IMG/VR virus record: IMGVR_UViG_3300023213_000092 | Location: 1 to 26,098 of that record | Length of the DNA: 26,098 nucleotides | Strand: one strand, 5' to 3' | Source of the DNA: a virus | Taxonomy: Duplodnaviria; Caudoviricetes | In this document: in pieces, positions 7,731-16,046 of the stretch | How the letters are laid out: each line of letters starts with the position of its first letter | Numbering within the stretch: the first letter of the stretch is position 1 | Position numbers and translations under genes: made by a program | The notes under the pieces: model-generated | What the model was told of the DNA's origin: nothing | Database searches by the model: none | What the model saw: only the letters and a program-made list of their open reading frames with translations

Positions 7731-9134
7731 ATGCCCGAATCTGTCAAGGCCCTCCGCGAAAAAGCCCTGCCGCTCGTCAAGCGCATCGGCGAACTCCGCG
7801 ACCTGCTCACCGATCAGCACCCCGACTTCACCGCCGAGGAGAAGGAGCAATGGGACAAGGTCAACAAGGAGTACGACGTCCTGCGGACGCGGCTGACGGT
7901 CGCGGAGCGTGCCGACGAAATCGACCGCGAGCTGCGTCAGCCGGTCGATGATGATCTGCCCATCCCCGCCAATTACGATCCGGCCCGCGAGCAGAAGAAG
8001 CGCGACAAGGACGCCAAGCACCAGCAGCGGCAGGAACGGCTGCAGGCCAAGCGCCAGCGCGAGCTGGGCTGGCTGGCCCCCTCGATCACCGAGGAGGACC
8101 GCTGCAACGCCCTGCAAGCCTGGTGCCGGGCCCAGACCGGCCGCCCGCTCAAGTGGTATCACCGCCATGCCTGCCGCAAGACGGGCATGAACCCCAAGCG
8201 CCGCGAGATCGGCCTGGGGCTGCCGCGCGATTACCGCTCCGTCCTCAAGATGGCCGCCGAGCACCGTGCCCTGGCCCTCAACGCCAATGCCGCCGCCGGC
8301 TACACGGTGCCGGAAGGGTTCGTCAACAACCTGGAGATCGCCCTGCTCGCCTACGCCGAGGTCCGCAAATGGGCCACGGTCATGCGCACGGCCAGCGGTC
8401 AGGACCTGCCCTGGCCGACGGTCAACGATACGACCAACAAGGGCGCCATCCTCGTCGAGAACGCCACGGTCGGCCAGCAGGACGTGACGTTCCAGCAGGT
8501 CGTGTTCCACGCCTACAAGTACACGTCCAAGATGGTGCTCGTGCCGGTCGAATTGATGGAGGACTCGGCCTTTGACCTGGCGGCGACCCTGGGCCAGCTC
8601 CTGGGCATCCGCATCGGCCGTATCCAGGCCGACCATTTCACCACCGGCAGCGGGGCCAGCCAGCCGCAGGGCTATCTCATCGGGGCGACGTCCGGCGTGA
8701 CGGCGGCCAGCTCGACGGCGATCGGCGGCGACGACTTGTACAAGCTCAAGCACTCGGTCGATCCGGCCTATCGCTCGCAGCCGGGCGTCGGCTGGACGTT
8801 CCATGATTTGATCTTGCAGTCGATCAAGCTGCTCAAGGACGGCTCCGGCCGTTACCTGTGGCAGTCCGGACTGGCCGGCGGCGTTCCCGACACCATCGAT
8901 GGCGACCCCTTCTACATCAACCAGTCGATGGCCTCGACGATCGCCAGCGGCAACAAGACGGTCGTCTACGGCGCGCTCAAGAAGTACGTCGTCCGCGACG
9001 TGTCGCAGGTCCGCATGCGGCGGCTGGTCGAGCGCTTCGCTGACAGCGATCAGGAAGCGTTCCTGATGTTCATGCGTTCGGACGCGAACTTGCTCGACGC
9101 CGGTACGCACCCGATCAAGTACCTCGTGCACTAA
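7731..9134 (+). CDS. Major capsid protein, HK97 fold, with N-terminal scaffold (delta) domain
   Basis: Coiled-coil N-terminus, AGYTVPEGF, VPVELMEDSAFDL, GSGASQPQG, LKDGSGRYLW, LVERFA. SD before ATG 7731. Confidence 0.96.
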   Translation: MPESVKALREKALPLVKRIGELRDLLTDQHPDFTAEEKEQWDKVNKEYDVLRTRLTVAERADEIDRELRQPVDDDLPIPANYDPAREQKKRDKDAKHQQRQERLQAKRQRELGWLAPSITEEDRCNALQAWCRAQTGRPLKWYHRHACRKTGMNPKRREIGLGLPRDYRSVLKMAAEHRALALNANAAAGYTVPEGFVNNLEIALLAYAEVRKWATVMRTASGQDLPWPTVNDTTNKGAILVENATVGQQDVTFQQVVFHAYKYTSKMVLVPVELMEDSAFDLAATLGQLLGIRIGRIQADHFTTGSGASQPQGYLIGATSGVTAASSTAIGGDDLYKLKHSVDPAYRSQPGVGWTFHDLILQSIKLLKDGSGRYLWQSGLAGGVPDTIDGDPFYINQSMASTIASGNKTVVYGALKKYVVRDVSQVRMRRLVERFADSDQEAFLMFMRSDANLLDAGTHPIKYLVH

Positions 9135-9146
9135 CGGGAGGGTCTC

Positions 9147-9473
9147 ATGGCGGCAGCGGCCGAACGGGAAAAGACGGTCAAGGTCCGACTCAAGGCGTCC
9201 CTGGCCAACCCTTACGGGGCGCTGGAACGCGGCCAGGAGGTCGAGGTGGCCCTCGCCGACGCGCGGCGTCTGATCGTGCGCGGCCTGGCTGAGGAGATCA
9301 AGGGCGAGGAGCTGCCCCGGGCGAACGCGGCCGAGGATGCGGCGGCGCGGGTCGTCTACGTGCAAACCCAGCGCACCCCGGACGGCCGGCTGCGCCAAAA
9401 GGGCAATCGCTGCCGCTACGAGCCGGCCGCACCGCCGGCCGGCGGCGACACACCGGAAATCGAAGCGGTCTAA
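9147..9473 (+). CDS. Small post-capsid phage protein
   Basis: KVRLK...GQEVEV...ARRLIVRGLAE pattern common directly after capsid genes. SD GGGAGG. Confidence 0.75.
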   Translation: MAAAAEREKTVKVRLKASLANPYGALERGQEVEVALADARRLIVRGLAEEIKGEELPRANAAEDAAARVVYVQTQRTPDGRLRQKGNRCRYEPAAPPAGGDTPEIEAV

Positions 9474-9483
9474 CCCAGATTTC

Positions 9484-9514
9484 TCACCGCAGAGAACGCC
9501 GCGAGCGCAGAGAG
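9484..9514 (+). repeat. Degenerate 9-nt tandem repeat, single arm of a REP-like dispersed element
   Basis: TCAC followed by CGCAGAGAA, CGCCGCGAG, CGCAGAGAG in an intergenic gap. Confidence 0.5.
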
Positions 9515-9522
9515 AAGAAAAC

Positions 9523-10041
9523 ATGTACAACCTGAGCAAAGAAGCGAAAACCATCCGCGTGAGCAACGCGGTGGCGGCCTCGCAGACGACCCTGAGCACG
9601 TCGATCGTGGACCTGGGCGGCTCGGCCGGCGCCGGCGGCTACGATGCCGTGATGTTCGTCGTGCTGCTGAACACGATGACGGCCGGCTCGGTGCTGACGG
9701 CCACCGTGCAGGACAACAGCACGAACGCGGCGGGCGGCATGGCCAACGTCACCGCCTCTTACGCCGCAGTCAGCCAGACCAACGCCGCCAATGCCACGGT
9801 CGCGCAGTCGGCCAGCAACGCCGGTGTGGTCTTCACCGATGTGGGCGGCTTGAGCAGCAACGAGGTCTTCCTGGTGGACTGCGCCCTGCCGCAGAAGGAG
9901 TTCGTCCGCCTGCAAATCACCATCGCCACGGCCAACGCGGCCTTCGATGGCGTATTGGCCATCCTGTACCGCTCCAAGAACCGGCCCACCGTGGTGGACA
10001 CCTCGGTCGGCGGCGTCGGCTACTTCGTGGCCTCCAGCTGA
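9523..10041 (+). CDS. Putative capsid decoration/cement protein
   Basis: Beta-rich A/T/S/V composition, VDLGG...YDAVMFVV and EFVRLQIT. Lies after the capsid gene. Confidence 0.7.
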   Translation: MYNLSKEAKTIRVSNAVAASQTTLSTSIVDLGGSAGAGGYDAVMFVVLLNTMTAGSVLTATVQDNSTNAAGGMANVTASYAAVSQTNAANATVAQSASNAGVVFTDVGGLSSNEVFLVDCALPQKEFVRLQITIATANAAFDGVLAILYRSKNRPTVVDTSVGGVGYFVASS

Positions 10042-10053
10042 GAGGGCTGATTC

Positions 10054-10590
10054 ATGGCGACCGGACAGGACACCAATTATTCCGGCCAGAGCAAGATCTA
10101 CATCAAGCAGCAGCCGGCCGGGACCACGCTCAACAACAACACCGTCACCACCGAGGAAGTGACCGACGTGGGCGGCCTGCAATCGCAGTTCGGCCTGGCC
10201 GCCGTCAACGGCACCATCCTCGCCCAGAAGGTGGCGTTTGCCATCGCCGCCGGCGCCGCGAACGTGACGAACATCACCATCACGTTGCAGGACAACGGCG
10301 GCCAGGCCGTCACGGGCCAGCCGTTCGATGTGGACGTGATCTTGTCCGACGCCGCCACGGGCATCGGCGTGACGGCGACGACGCCCTCGGGCGGCATCGC
10401 CATCACCACCGGCACCCAGCTGAACGTCTACGTCACCAGCAAGGCGCTGTACGTGCAGAGCAACGGTTCGGGGCAGATCGTCGTGCAAATCACCGACACG
10501 GCCAAGACGGGCTTTTGGATCATGATCCAGGGGGCCACGCTGCCCTACGCCTACGTCAGCCGTCGCCTGGTGACGGCCGATTACGGTTAA
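10054..10590 (+). CDS. Putative head fibre/decoration protein (Ig-like, beta-rich)
   Basis: T/G/V-rich, ITITLQDNGG and QSNGSGQIVVQITD. Lies between capsid and neck genes. Confidence 0.65.
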   Translation: MATGQDTNYSGQSKIYIKQQPAGTTLNNNTVTTEEVTDVGGLQSQFGLAAVNGTILAQKVAFAIAAGAANVTNITITLQDNGGQAVTGQPFDVDVILSDAATGIGVTATTPSGGIAITTGTQLNVYVTSKALYVQSNGSGQIVVQITDTAKTGFWIMIQGATLPYAYVSRRLVTADYG

Positions 10591-10674
10591 TTCGGGAGGC
10601 GGGTGTGCCGCTCAACAGCGCCGACATTCAGTTCAAGGGCAGCTGGCCGGTGACTTCTGGGCTGAGGGGGAGAA

Positions 10675-11337
10675 ATGCCGACCGGCCTGGTCGTCGTCAC
10701 GCCGCCCGCCGTGGAGCCGGTCAGCCTGGCGGACCTGAAGCTGTGGCTCCGTCAGGACATCAGCGACGATGACAACCTCATCGCCTCGCTGGGGCTGGCG
10801 GCGCGGCGGCTGATCGAGCAGACCTTCGACCGGGCGCTGGTGACGCAGGTGCTGCAAGCCACCTACGATCGCTTCCCGCGCTACAGCAGCTCGGCCGTGT
10901 GGCAATACAACTCGGACGCCATCTGGCAACAGCGGCTGCCGGTGACGCAGCTTTCCGGCCAGTGGTATCCGGACCGGGCCAGCTTTCGGCTGCCGCGTCC
11001 GCCCCTGGTGTCGGTCGCGTCGATCACCTACTACGACGGCACCACGGGCCAACTGCTGACAGTCGATCCGGCGACCTACAACCTCGACACGAGCACGGAA
11101 CCCGGCCGCGTCGCCCCGAGCTATGGCAATATCTGGCCCATCGTCCGGCAGCAACTGGCCTCCGTGAAGATCACCTTCACGGCCGGCTATGGCAGCGACG
11201 CCAGCGTGCCGGACACGATCAAGACGGCGATCAAGATGCTCGTCGGTCAGTGGTACGAGAATCGCGAGGAAGCCGGGCAGATGTCTGACGGCGTGCGCAA
11301 CCTGGTAATGAGCGAATGGGACGCGGAGTACAAGTGA
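10675..11337 (+). CDS. Head-tail connector (gp6 / phiE125 gp8-like)
   Basis: VVTPPAVEPVSLADLKLWLR, DDNLIASL, FTAGYG, VPDTIKTAIKMLVGQWYENRE. Confidence 0.92.
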   Translation: MPTGLVVVTPPAVEPVSLADLKLWLRQDISDDDNLIASLGLAARRLIEQTFDRALVTQVLQATYDRFPRYSSSAVWQYNSDAIWQQRLPVTQLSGQWYPDRASFRLPRPPLVSVASITYYDGTTGQLLTVDPATYNLDTSTEPGRVAPSYGNIWPIVRQQLASVKITFTAGYGSDASVPDTIKTAIKMLVGQWYENREEAGQMSDGVRNLVMSEWDAEYK

Positions 11338-11340
11338 GCC

Positions 11341-11697
11341 ATGCAAGCCGGCATGCCGACCTGGAAGGGCTGGCCGCGACCCAAGCGGGTGAGCCTGTTG
11401 GCCCCGACCGGGCCTGAGGAGGCGCGGAACAGCCTCGGCGAGGCCGCGCTGGCCTTCAGCGAGGAAGCGAAAATCTGGGCCTCGATCCGGCCCCTGTCCG
11501 GCCGGGAGCTGTGGCAGGCGCAGCAGGTGCAGGCGGACGTGACGCACGCGGTCCGCATCCGCTATCGCAACGGCGTCGATGCGACCAAGGCGCTGGGCTT
11601 CGACGGGCGACAGCTCAATATCGTGGCGGTCCTCAACGTCGAGGAGCGCAACCGCACCCTGGAGCTCTTGTGTCTGGAGCAACCGCTCAATGCGTAA
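11341..11697 (+). CDS. Head closure protein (SPP1 gp16-like)
   Basis: IWASIRPLSGRE, THAVRIRYR, LELLC. Start may be 11353. Confidence 0.9.
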   Translation: MQAGMPTWKGWPRPKRVSLLAPTGPEEARNSLGEAALAFSEEAKIWASIRPLSGRELWQAQQVQADVTHAVRIRYRNGVDATKALGFDGRQLNIVAVLNVEERNRTLELLCLEQPLNA

Positions 11698-11791
11698 ACA
11701 CGCTCCCAACCTGATCGGCGCCCTGATCTCGCTGGCGGCCTGGTCGGCCAGCGTGGCGGCCATCCTGTCCCTGTTGTGGCGGCAGCACTGA
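11690..11791 (+). CDS. 33-aa single-pass membrane peptide (not in ORF track as such)
   Basis: MRKHAPNLIGALISLAAWSASVAAILSLLWRQH. GGAG upstream. Overlaps the previous stop and abuts the next ATG. Confidence 0.6.
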   Translation: MRKHAPNLIGALISLAAWSASVAAILSLLWRQH

Positions 11792-12343
11792 ATGGCGTTC
11801 GCCGTCAAGGCCCGGCTGACCGGCGTCGAGCAGGCGCTGCGAAACCTCGGCGCGATGACGCGCACCGTGCGGAACACGATCCTCCGCAAGGCCGTCAATG
11901 CCAGCAGCCGGCTGGTGCTCGACGCGGCCCGCGCGCTGGTGCCGCAAGGGACGGGCATGCTCAAGCGATCGCTGGCCGTGCGCATCCAGACCTACCGGGG
12001 CAGCGGGGCCGTGGTGGCGGTCATCGGCCCGCGGACCGGCTACCAGAAGACCAGGCAGGGCAAGAAGCAGACGGCCTTCGGGCGCAAGATCAAGGACAGT
12101 GGACAGGACCCGAGCAAGTATGCCCACCTGGTCGAGTTCGGCCGTGCGAGCGTGCAGGTGAAGAAGGCCAGGGTGCTGTCCGACGGCGCGACCTTTTACG
12201 GCAGGGTCGTCCAGTCCGTGCCGCCGCGGCCCTTCTTGCGACCGGCCTATGAGCGCGAAAAAGCGCGCGTGATCGCAACGATGTACCAGCTCATTGCGGA
12301 GGAGCTGAACAAGGCGGCCAAGGCGCTAGGGGGCAAGAAGTGA
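11792..12343 (+). CDS. HK97 gp10-like tail completion protein
   Basis: VPQGTGMLKRSL, YAHLVEFG, PPRPFLRPA. Confidence 0.9.
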   Translation: MAFAVKARLTGVEQALRNLGAMTRTVRNTILRKAVNASSRLVLDAARALVPQGTGMLKRSLAVRIQTYRGSGAVVAVIGPRTGYQKTRQGKKQTAFGRKIKDSGQDPSKYAHLVEFGRASVQVKKARVLSDGATFYGRVVQSVPPRPFLRPAYEREKARVIATMYQLIAEELNKAAKALGGKK

Positions 12344-12762
12344 GTGCCGAGGCGGCCCTGGTGGCGTATCTCGATGCCGACCCGGATGTGGCGCGGATGG
12401 CCGGGCCGCGGATTTATCCGCAGTCGATCCTGCAGGGCGGCGGGCTACCCGCGGTGACCTATTACCGCACCGGCCAGCAGACGGTCAAGTCGCTGGGCGG
12501 CCTGTCCGGCACGAGCTGGGCACGAGTGACGCTGGACTGCTGGGCCGCCAACTACACGGACGCCAAAACGCTGGCCGACGCCATCCGCGGCACGAAGACG
12601 ACCCCGAAGCTGGACGGGTTTCGCGGCACGGTGGGCGGCGTCAAGATCCTGGCCTGTTTTTGTACGAGCGTCGTGGACGTTCGCGAGCGGCCTGTTCATG
12701 GCGACGAGGTCGGCGTGCCGCACGTGGCGATGGATTTCGACATCATCTTCGAGGACGTGTGA
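12340..12762 (+). CDS. Tail terminator (DUF3168-like)
   Basis: RIYP, LPAVTY, VTLDCWA...AKTLADAIR. GTGA overlap. Lies before the tail tube gene. Confidence 0.85.
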   Translation: MSAEAALVAYLDADPDVARMAGPRIYPQSILQGGGLPAVTYYRTGQQTVKSLGGLSGTSWARVTLDCWAANYTDAKTLADAIRGTKTTPKLDGFRGTVGGVKILACFCTSVVDVRERPVHGDEVGVPHVAMDFDIIFEDV

Positions 12763-12768
12763 GGCTTA

Positions 12769-13206
12769 ATGGCCAACTCGACCGGCGTTCATAGTTATTC
12801 GACCGCTTTCGCCGTGGACCCCGCCGGCGGCACGACGTTTGTGGCGCAAGCCGAGGTCAAGGAGTTGTCGTTCCCCGGCATCAAGATCAGCAGCTCCGAC
12901 CGGACCAACCTGAGTAGCCCCTCGGCCTTCCGTGAGTTCGTGCCCGGCTTGGGCGACGCCGGCGAGATCACTCTGAAGCTGAACTGGACCAAGGCGCAAT
13001 ACAACCTGTTCGTCAGCAACGTCCGCAAGTCGCTGATGGGCTGGAAGATCACCTTCCCGCTGGTGGGGAGTGAGATCACGGCGTCCACGTTGACGGGCAA
13101 TGGGCACTGGACCGATATCGGCGGCCCCTTCCCCGAGGATGACATCATCACCAACGAAGTCACCCTGAAGGTGTCCGGCCTGCCTGTGTTCACTCAGGGC
13201 AGCTAG
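12769..13206 (+). CDS. Tail tube (major tail) protein, lambda gpV-like
   Basis: TNLSSP..FREFVPGLGDAGEITLKLNW, WKITFP, TLKVSGLP. Confidence 0.9.
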   Translation: MANSTGVHSYSTAFAVDPAGGTTFVAQAEVKELSFPGIKISSSDRTNLSSPSAFREFVPGLGDAGEITLKLNWTKAQYNLFVSNVRKSLMGWKITFPLVGSEITASTLTGNGHWTDIGGPFPEDDIITNEVTLKVSGLPVFTQGS

Positions 13207-13246
13207 TCCGTCGAGTTGACCAAATTGGCATCCCTGGGGAGGGACA

Positions 13247-13651
13247 ATGCTTCTGACGCGCGAACAGATTTTGCAGGCCAACGACTTGCCCCGCGAGCGA
13301 GTGCCCGTGCCGGAGTGGGGCGGCGAGCTGTTCGTCCGCACCATGACCGGCAGCGAACGTGATGCGTTCGAGTCGGAGTCCGTCATTTTCGAGTCCAAGG
13401 GACGGACGGCGCCGAACATGGACGCGCTCAACCAGACGAGAGCCAGGCTGTGCGCTCGCACCATCTGCGATGAGCAGGGGCAGCGGCTATTCAGCGATGC
13501 CGATGTGGCAGCCCTCGGTGCGAAGTCCTCTGCCGCCTTGGATCGCGTCTACGAGGCCGCCAGCCGGCTCAACAAGATCAGCACGCAGGATGTGGAGGAG
13601 CTGGCAAAAAACTCCGCGAGCGCCCCCGGCGGCGCTTCCTGTTCGTCTTAG
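13247..13651 (+). CDS. Tail assembly chaperone G
   Basis: LTREQIL, VPVPEWGG, ERDAFE, DEQGQRLFS, ends ELAKN. Confidence 0.9.
   Translation: MLLTREQILQANDLPRERVPVPEWGGELFVRTMTGSERDAFESESVIFESKGRTAPNMDALNQTRARLCARTICDEQGQRLFSDADVAALGAKSSAALDRVYEAASRLNKISTQDVEELAKNSASAPGGASCSS
13606..13612 (+). other. -1 programmed ribosomal frameshift slippery site A AAA AAC
   Basis: X XXY YYZ heptamer in the correct phase. The -1 frame is open from there to 13956. Confidence 0.88.
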
Positions 13652-13956
13652 CCCGCACGCTCGGCCGCAGCATCCGCGAGCTGCTGGCCACATTGGACGC
13701 GGCCGAGCTGGCCGAGTGGGAAGCGCTCTACAGTGTTGAGCCGTGGGGCGAAGTGCGTGGGGACTTGCAGACGGCCCTGCTGGCGGCTGTCCTGGCGAAC
13801 CAGTGGCGAGAGAAGGGCAAAAGCAAGGCAGCCGTCAAGGACTTCCTGCCGGACTACTGGGGCAGCAAGCAGCAGACGCCGGATCAGATGCGGGCGCTGG
13901 CCGAGGCGTTCGCCCTGCGAATGGGACCGCAGTCGCGGCTAATGGGGACACGATGA
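13612..13956 (+). CDS. T portion of tail chaperone GT (made as a frameshift fusion from 13247)
   Basis: LRERPRRRFLFVLARTLGRSIRELLATLDAAELAEWEALYSVEPWGEVRGD...DFLP, lambda gpT-like. Confidence 0.85.
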   Translation, partial: LRERPRRRFLFVLARTLGRSIRELLATLDAAELAEWEALYSVEPWGEVRGDLQTALLAAVLANQWREKGKSKAAVKDFLPDYWGSKQQTPDQMRALAEAFALRMGPQSRLMGTR

Positions 13957-13967
13957 CCTGTCCTCAC

Positions 13968-14336
13968 TCACCGCCGGCGATGACTGTTGCCGACTCCGGG
14001 AGATGCTCGATCGTGTGGCCGGACGTAGGTGCCATCCTTCCGGACGTACCCTTTGACGTGAACCGGACCATCGCCTTCCAGCGATTGCGGCCGTCGCTTC
14101 GCCGGCTGCTGAGCCAAGATTGGCATAGGTGTGGCCTGCTGGAGTTCTGGAGCCGGGGGCATGGCATTGATGGCCGGTCCTTCGCGTGATGCCGCTTGCG
14201 TCGTCCGGGGCGGCTGTGACCTGCCGGTAAAGACGCTGCTGAGGATTCCACCGCAGGCGAAGAAACCTACGACGCAAAGGCCGAACGCAATGGCCGCACA
14301 GCAGGTGATTGGGTGAGTCTTGGCCTTTTTGGACAT
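13968..14336 (-). CDS. Moron-like membrane-anchored protein
   Basis: N-terminal hydrophobic helix, P/Q-rich linker, C-terminal VHVKGYVRKDGTYVRPHDR motif. Exactly fills the GT to tape-measure gap on the opposite strand. Confidence 0.8.
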   Translation of the reverse strand: MSKKAKTHPITCCAAIAFGLCVVGFFACGGILSSVFTGRSQPPRTTQAASREGPAINAMPPAPELQQATPMPILAQQPAKRRPQSLEGDGPVHVKGYVRKDGTYVRPHDRASPGVGNSHRRR

Positions 14337-14399
14337 GAGATGGTCCCCGGAAAAGGCATGTGGCGCTGCTTAGGATGAGTTTAGCAGAAGAAGTGGCTG

Positions 14400-16046
14400 A
14401 TGGCAACGATTGCGAGCTTGGCGGTGCAACTGGTGGCGGACCCTAGCAAGTTCGTCGCCGGCCTGTCCGTCGCCGAGAAGGCCATGCAGCGCATCGGCAG
14501 AAGTGGTTTCAACCCCGGCACCTGGGCGAAGCTCGCTTCCGGCGGACTCGGCAAGCTGCAAGGCATTGTCGATACGGTTCTCGGCCCGATCAAATCCCTC
14601 CTCGGCAGCATTCCCCTTATTGGCGGCGCGCTGGCTTCCTTTCCGACCTCGGTTGGCGGTTTCGCCGAATGGTTCAAGGAAGGGTCGGAGCGCATCAACG
14701 AGATGCGCATCACCTCCGACAAGCTCGGCATCGACATCGAGCGCATGGCCGGTTTTATGCTCGCCGCGGGGCCAGCGTCGGAGTCGATGGCCACGGCGAT
14801 GCTCCGGCTCCAAAAGGAGTTGGGTGAGTCCGCCGCGAAGGGCGAGGGAACTGAGGTCACGTTCGCTCGTCTTGGGCTGAACGCCAAGCAGCTCGCTCAG
14901 ATGCCGCTCGATCAGGCGTTCGGTCAGATCGCCGACGCGATCAACCGTCTCGACAATCAGGCAGCCAAGGGCGTAGCCGTGTTCTCGATCTTCGGCAAGC
15001 GCGGGGCGGAGTTGCTGCCCATGCTCGCCCGCGGCTCGAAGGGGCTGGAGGACTTTCAGCAGAAGGCCAGGGAGATGGGCCTCGCCGTCTCGGCGGTTGA
15101 CGCCGAGAACGTGCGGCAGGCGACAATGGCGATGAAGAGCCTTAATCGCTGGATGACGGCGGCCAAACAATCGGTCGCTGTGGAGATGTCTCCCGTTGTC
15201 GTCGCCCTGGCGGAGCAGTTCGGACAGGCGGGCGTCAATGCCAAGAGCGTCGGCCAATTCGCACTGACGGCGGCGAAGGTGATTGCCTATGGCGGCGCGG
15301 TGGCCGTCGAGGCGTGGAAAGGGTTGCAGATCGTCTGGACGATGCTCAAGGTCGGCTTTCAGGCGATGGTCGCGGTCTTCGTGGAGCAGCTCGGTGTGAT
15401 GCTCCAAGCTGGCGCCCTATTGCCCGACGCGATGGGCGGCGACAAGTTCCGCCAAGCTGCCGAATCGGTCAAATCCTTCAGTCAGGGGATCTGGCAGGAC
15501 ATCGACGCGACGCGCAGGGAGTTCCTGGACAAGTGGGCCAATGACAAAAGCGCCTTCCAGTCCGTTGATGAGTTTTTTGCTGGCGTCGCGCGCAAGGTCG
15601 AGGATGCCAAGAAACGCATGGCCGAGGGGCCGAAGGGAAAGGACGGCAACTGGGAACGGCTCTTCGAGCTGTTCGAGCGCGGCCAGAAGGTGACTCAGGA
15701 GTTTCGTTCGCCGCTGGAGAAAATCCAGGACCGCATCGGCGAGCTAAACGAGCTGCTCAACGCCGGCGTCATCCAGTGGGACACCTACGCCAGAGCGATC
15801 GGGGCCGCGACTGCTGAGCTGGTGAAAGCCTCGCAGACCGAATTCAAGATGGCCGGCAGCGCCGACTTCGGCTCGCAAGAAGCGTTCACGGCGATCGCGA
15901 AAGCCCAGTTCGGCAACCAGTCGCAGAGCGGCGTCGATGCGTTGAAGGACGGCATCAAGCAGCAGATTGAGATCCAGAAGCAGCAGAAGCAACGGCTCGA
16001 TGACATCGCGATCGCAGTGCGCGGGGGACTCTTCCAACTGGCTTAA
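14400..16046 (+). CDS. Tape measure protein (548 aa)
   Basis: MATIASLAVQLVAD start, IFGKRGAELLPML, helical A/G-rich, RSPLEK...LNELL..G.I.WDTY. Follows the GT chaperone. Confidence 0.92.
   Translation: MATIASLAVQLVADPSKFVAGLSVAEKAMQRIGRSGFNPGTWAKLASGGLGKLQGIVDTVLGPIKSLLGSIPLIGGALASFPTSVGGFAEWFKEGSERINEMRITSDKLGIDIERMAGFMLAAGPASESMATAMLRLQKELGESAAKGEGTEVTFARLGLNAKQLAQMPLDQAFGQIADAINRLDNQAAKGVAVFSIFGKRGAELLPMLARGSKGLEDFQQKAREMGLAVSAVDAENVRQATMAMKSLNRWMTAAKQSVAVEMSPVVVALAEQFGQAGVNAKSVGQFALTAAKVIAYGGAVAVEAWKGLQIVWTMLKVGFQAMVAVFVEQLGVMLQAGALLPDAMGGDKFRQAAESVKSFSQGIWQDIDATRREFLDKWANDKSAFQSVDEFFAGVARKVEDAKKRMAEGPKGKDGNWERLFELFERGQKVTQEFRSPLEKIQDRIGELNELLNAGVIQWDTYARAIGAATAELVKASQTEFKMAGSADFGSQEAFTAIAKAQFGNQSQSGVDALKDGIKQQIEIQKQQKQRLDDIAIAVRGGLFQLA

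Noticed and set aside
7499-7951. 150-aa ORF spanning the capsid leader
   Set aside because: Arg/Pro-rich non-protein-like composition, no SD, and out-of-frame overlap with the capsid gene. Only its AUG at 7505 is noted, as part of the RNA pairing.
7596-9599. Long minus-strand ORFs (also 2268-3887, 4603-5817, 10633-11985, 16043-17707)
   Set aside because: They are antisense shadows of well-supported + strand genes, expected from high-GC codon bias, and show no motifs.
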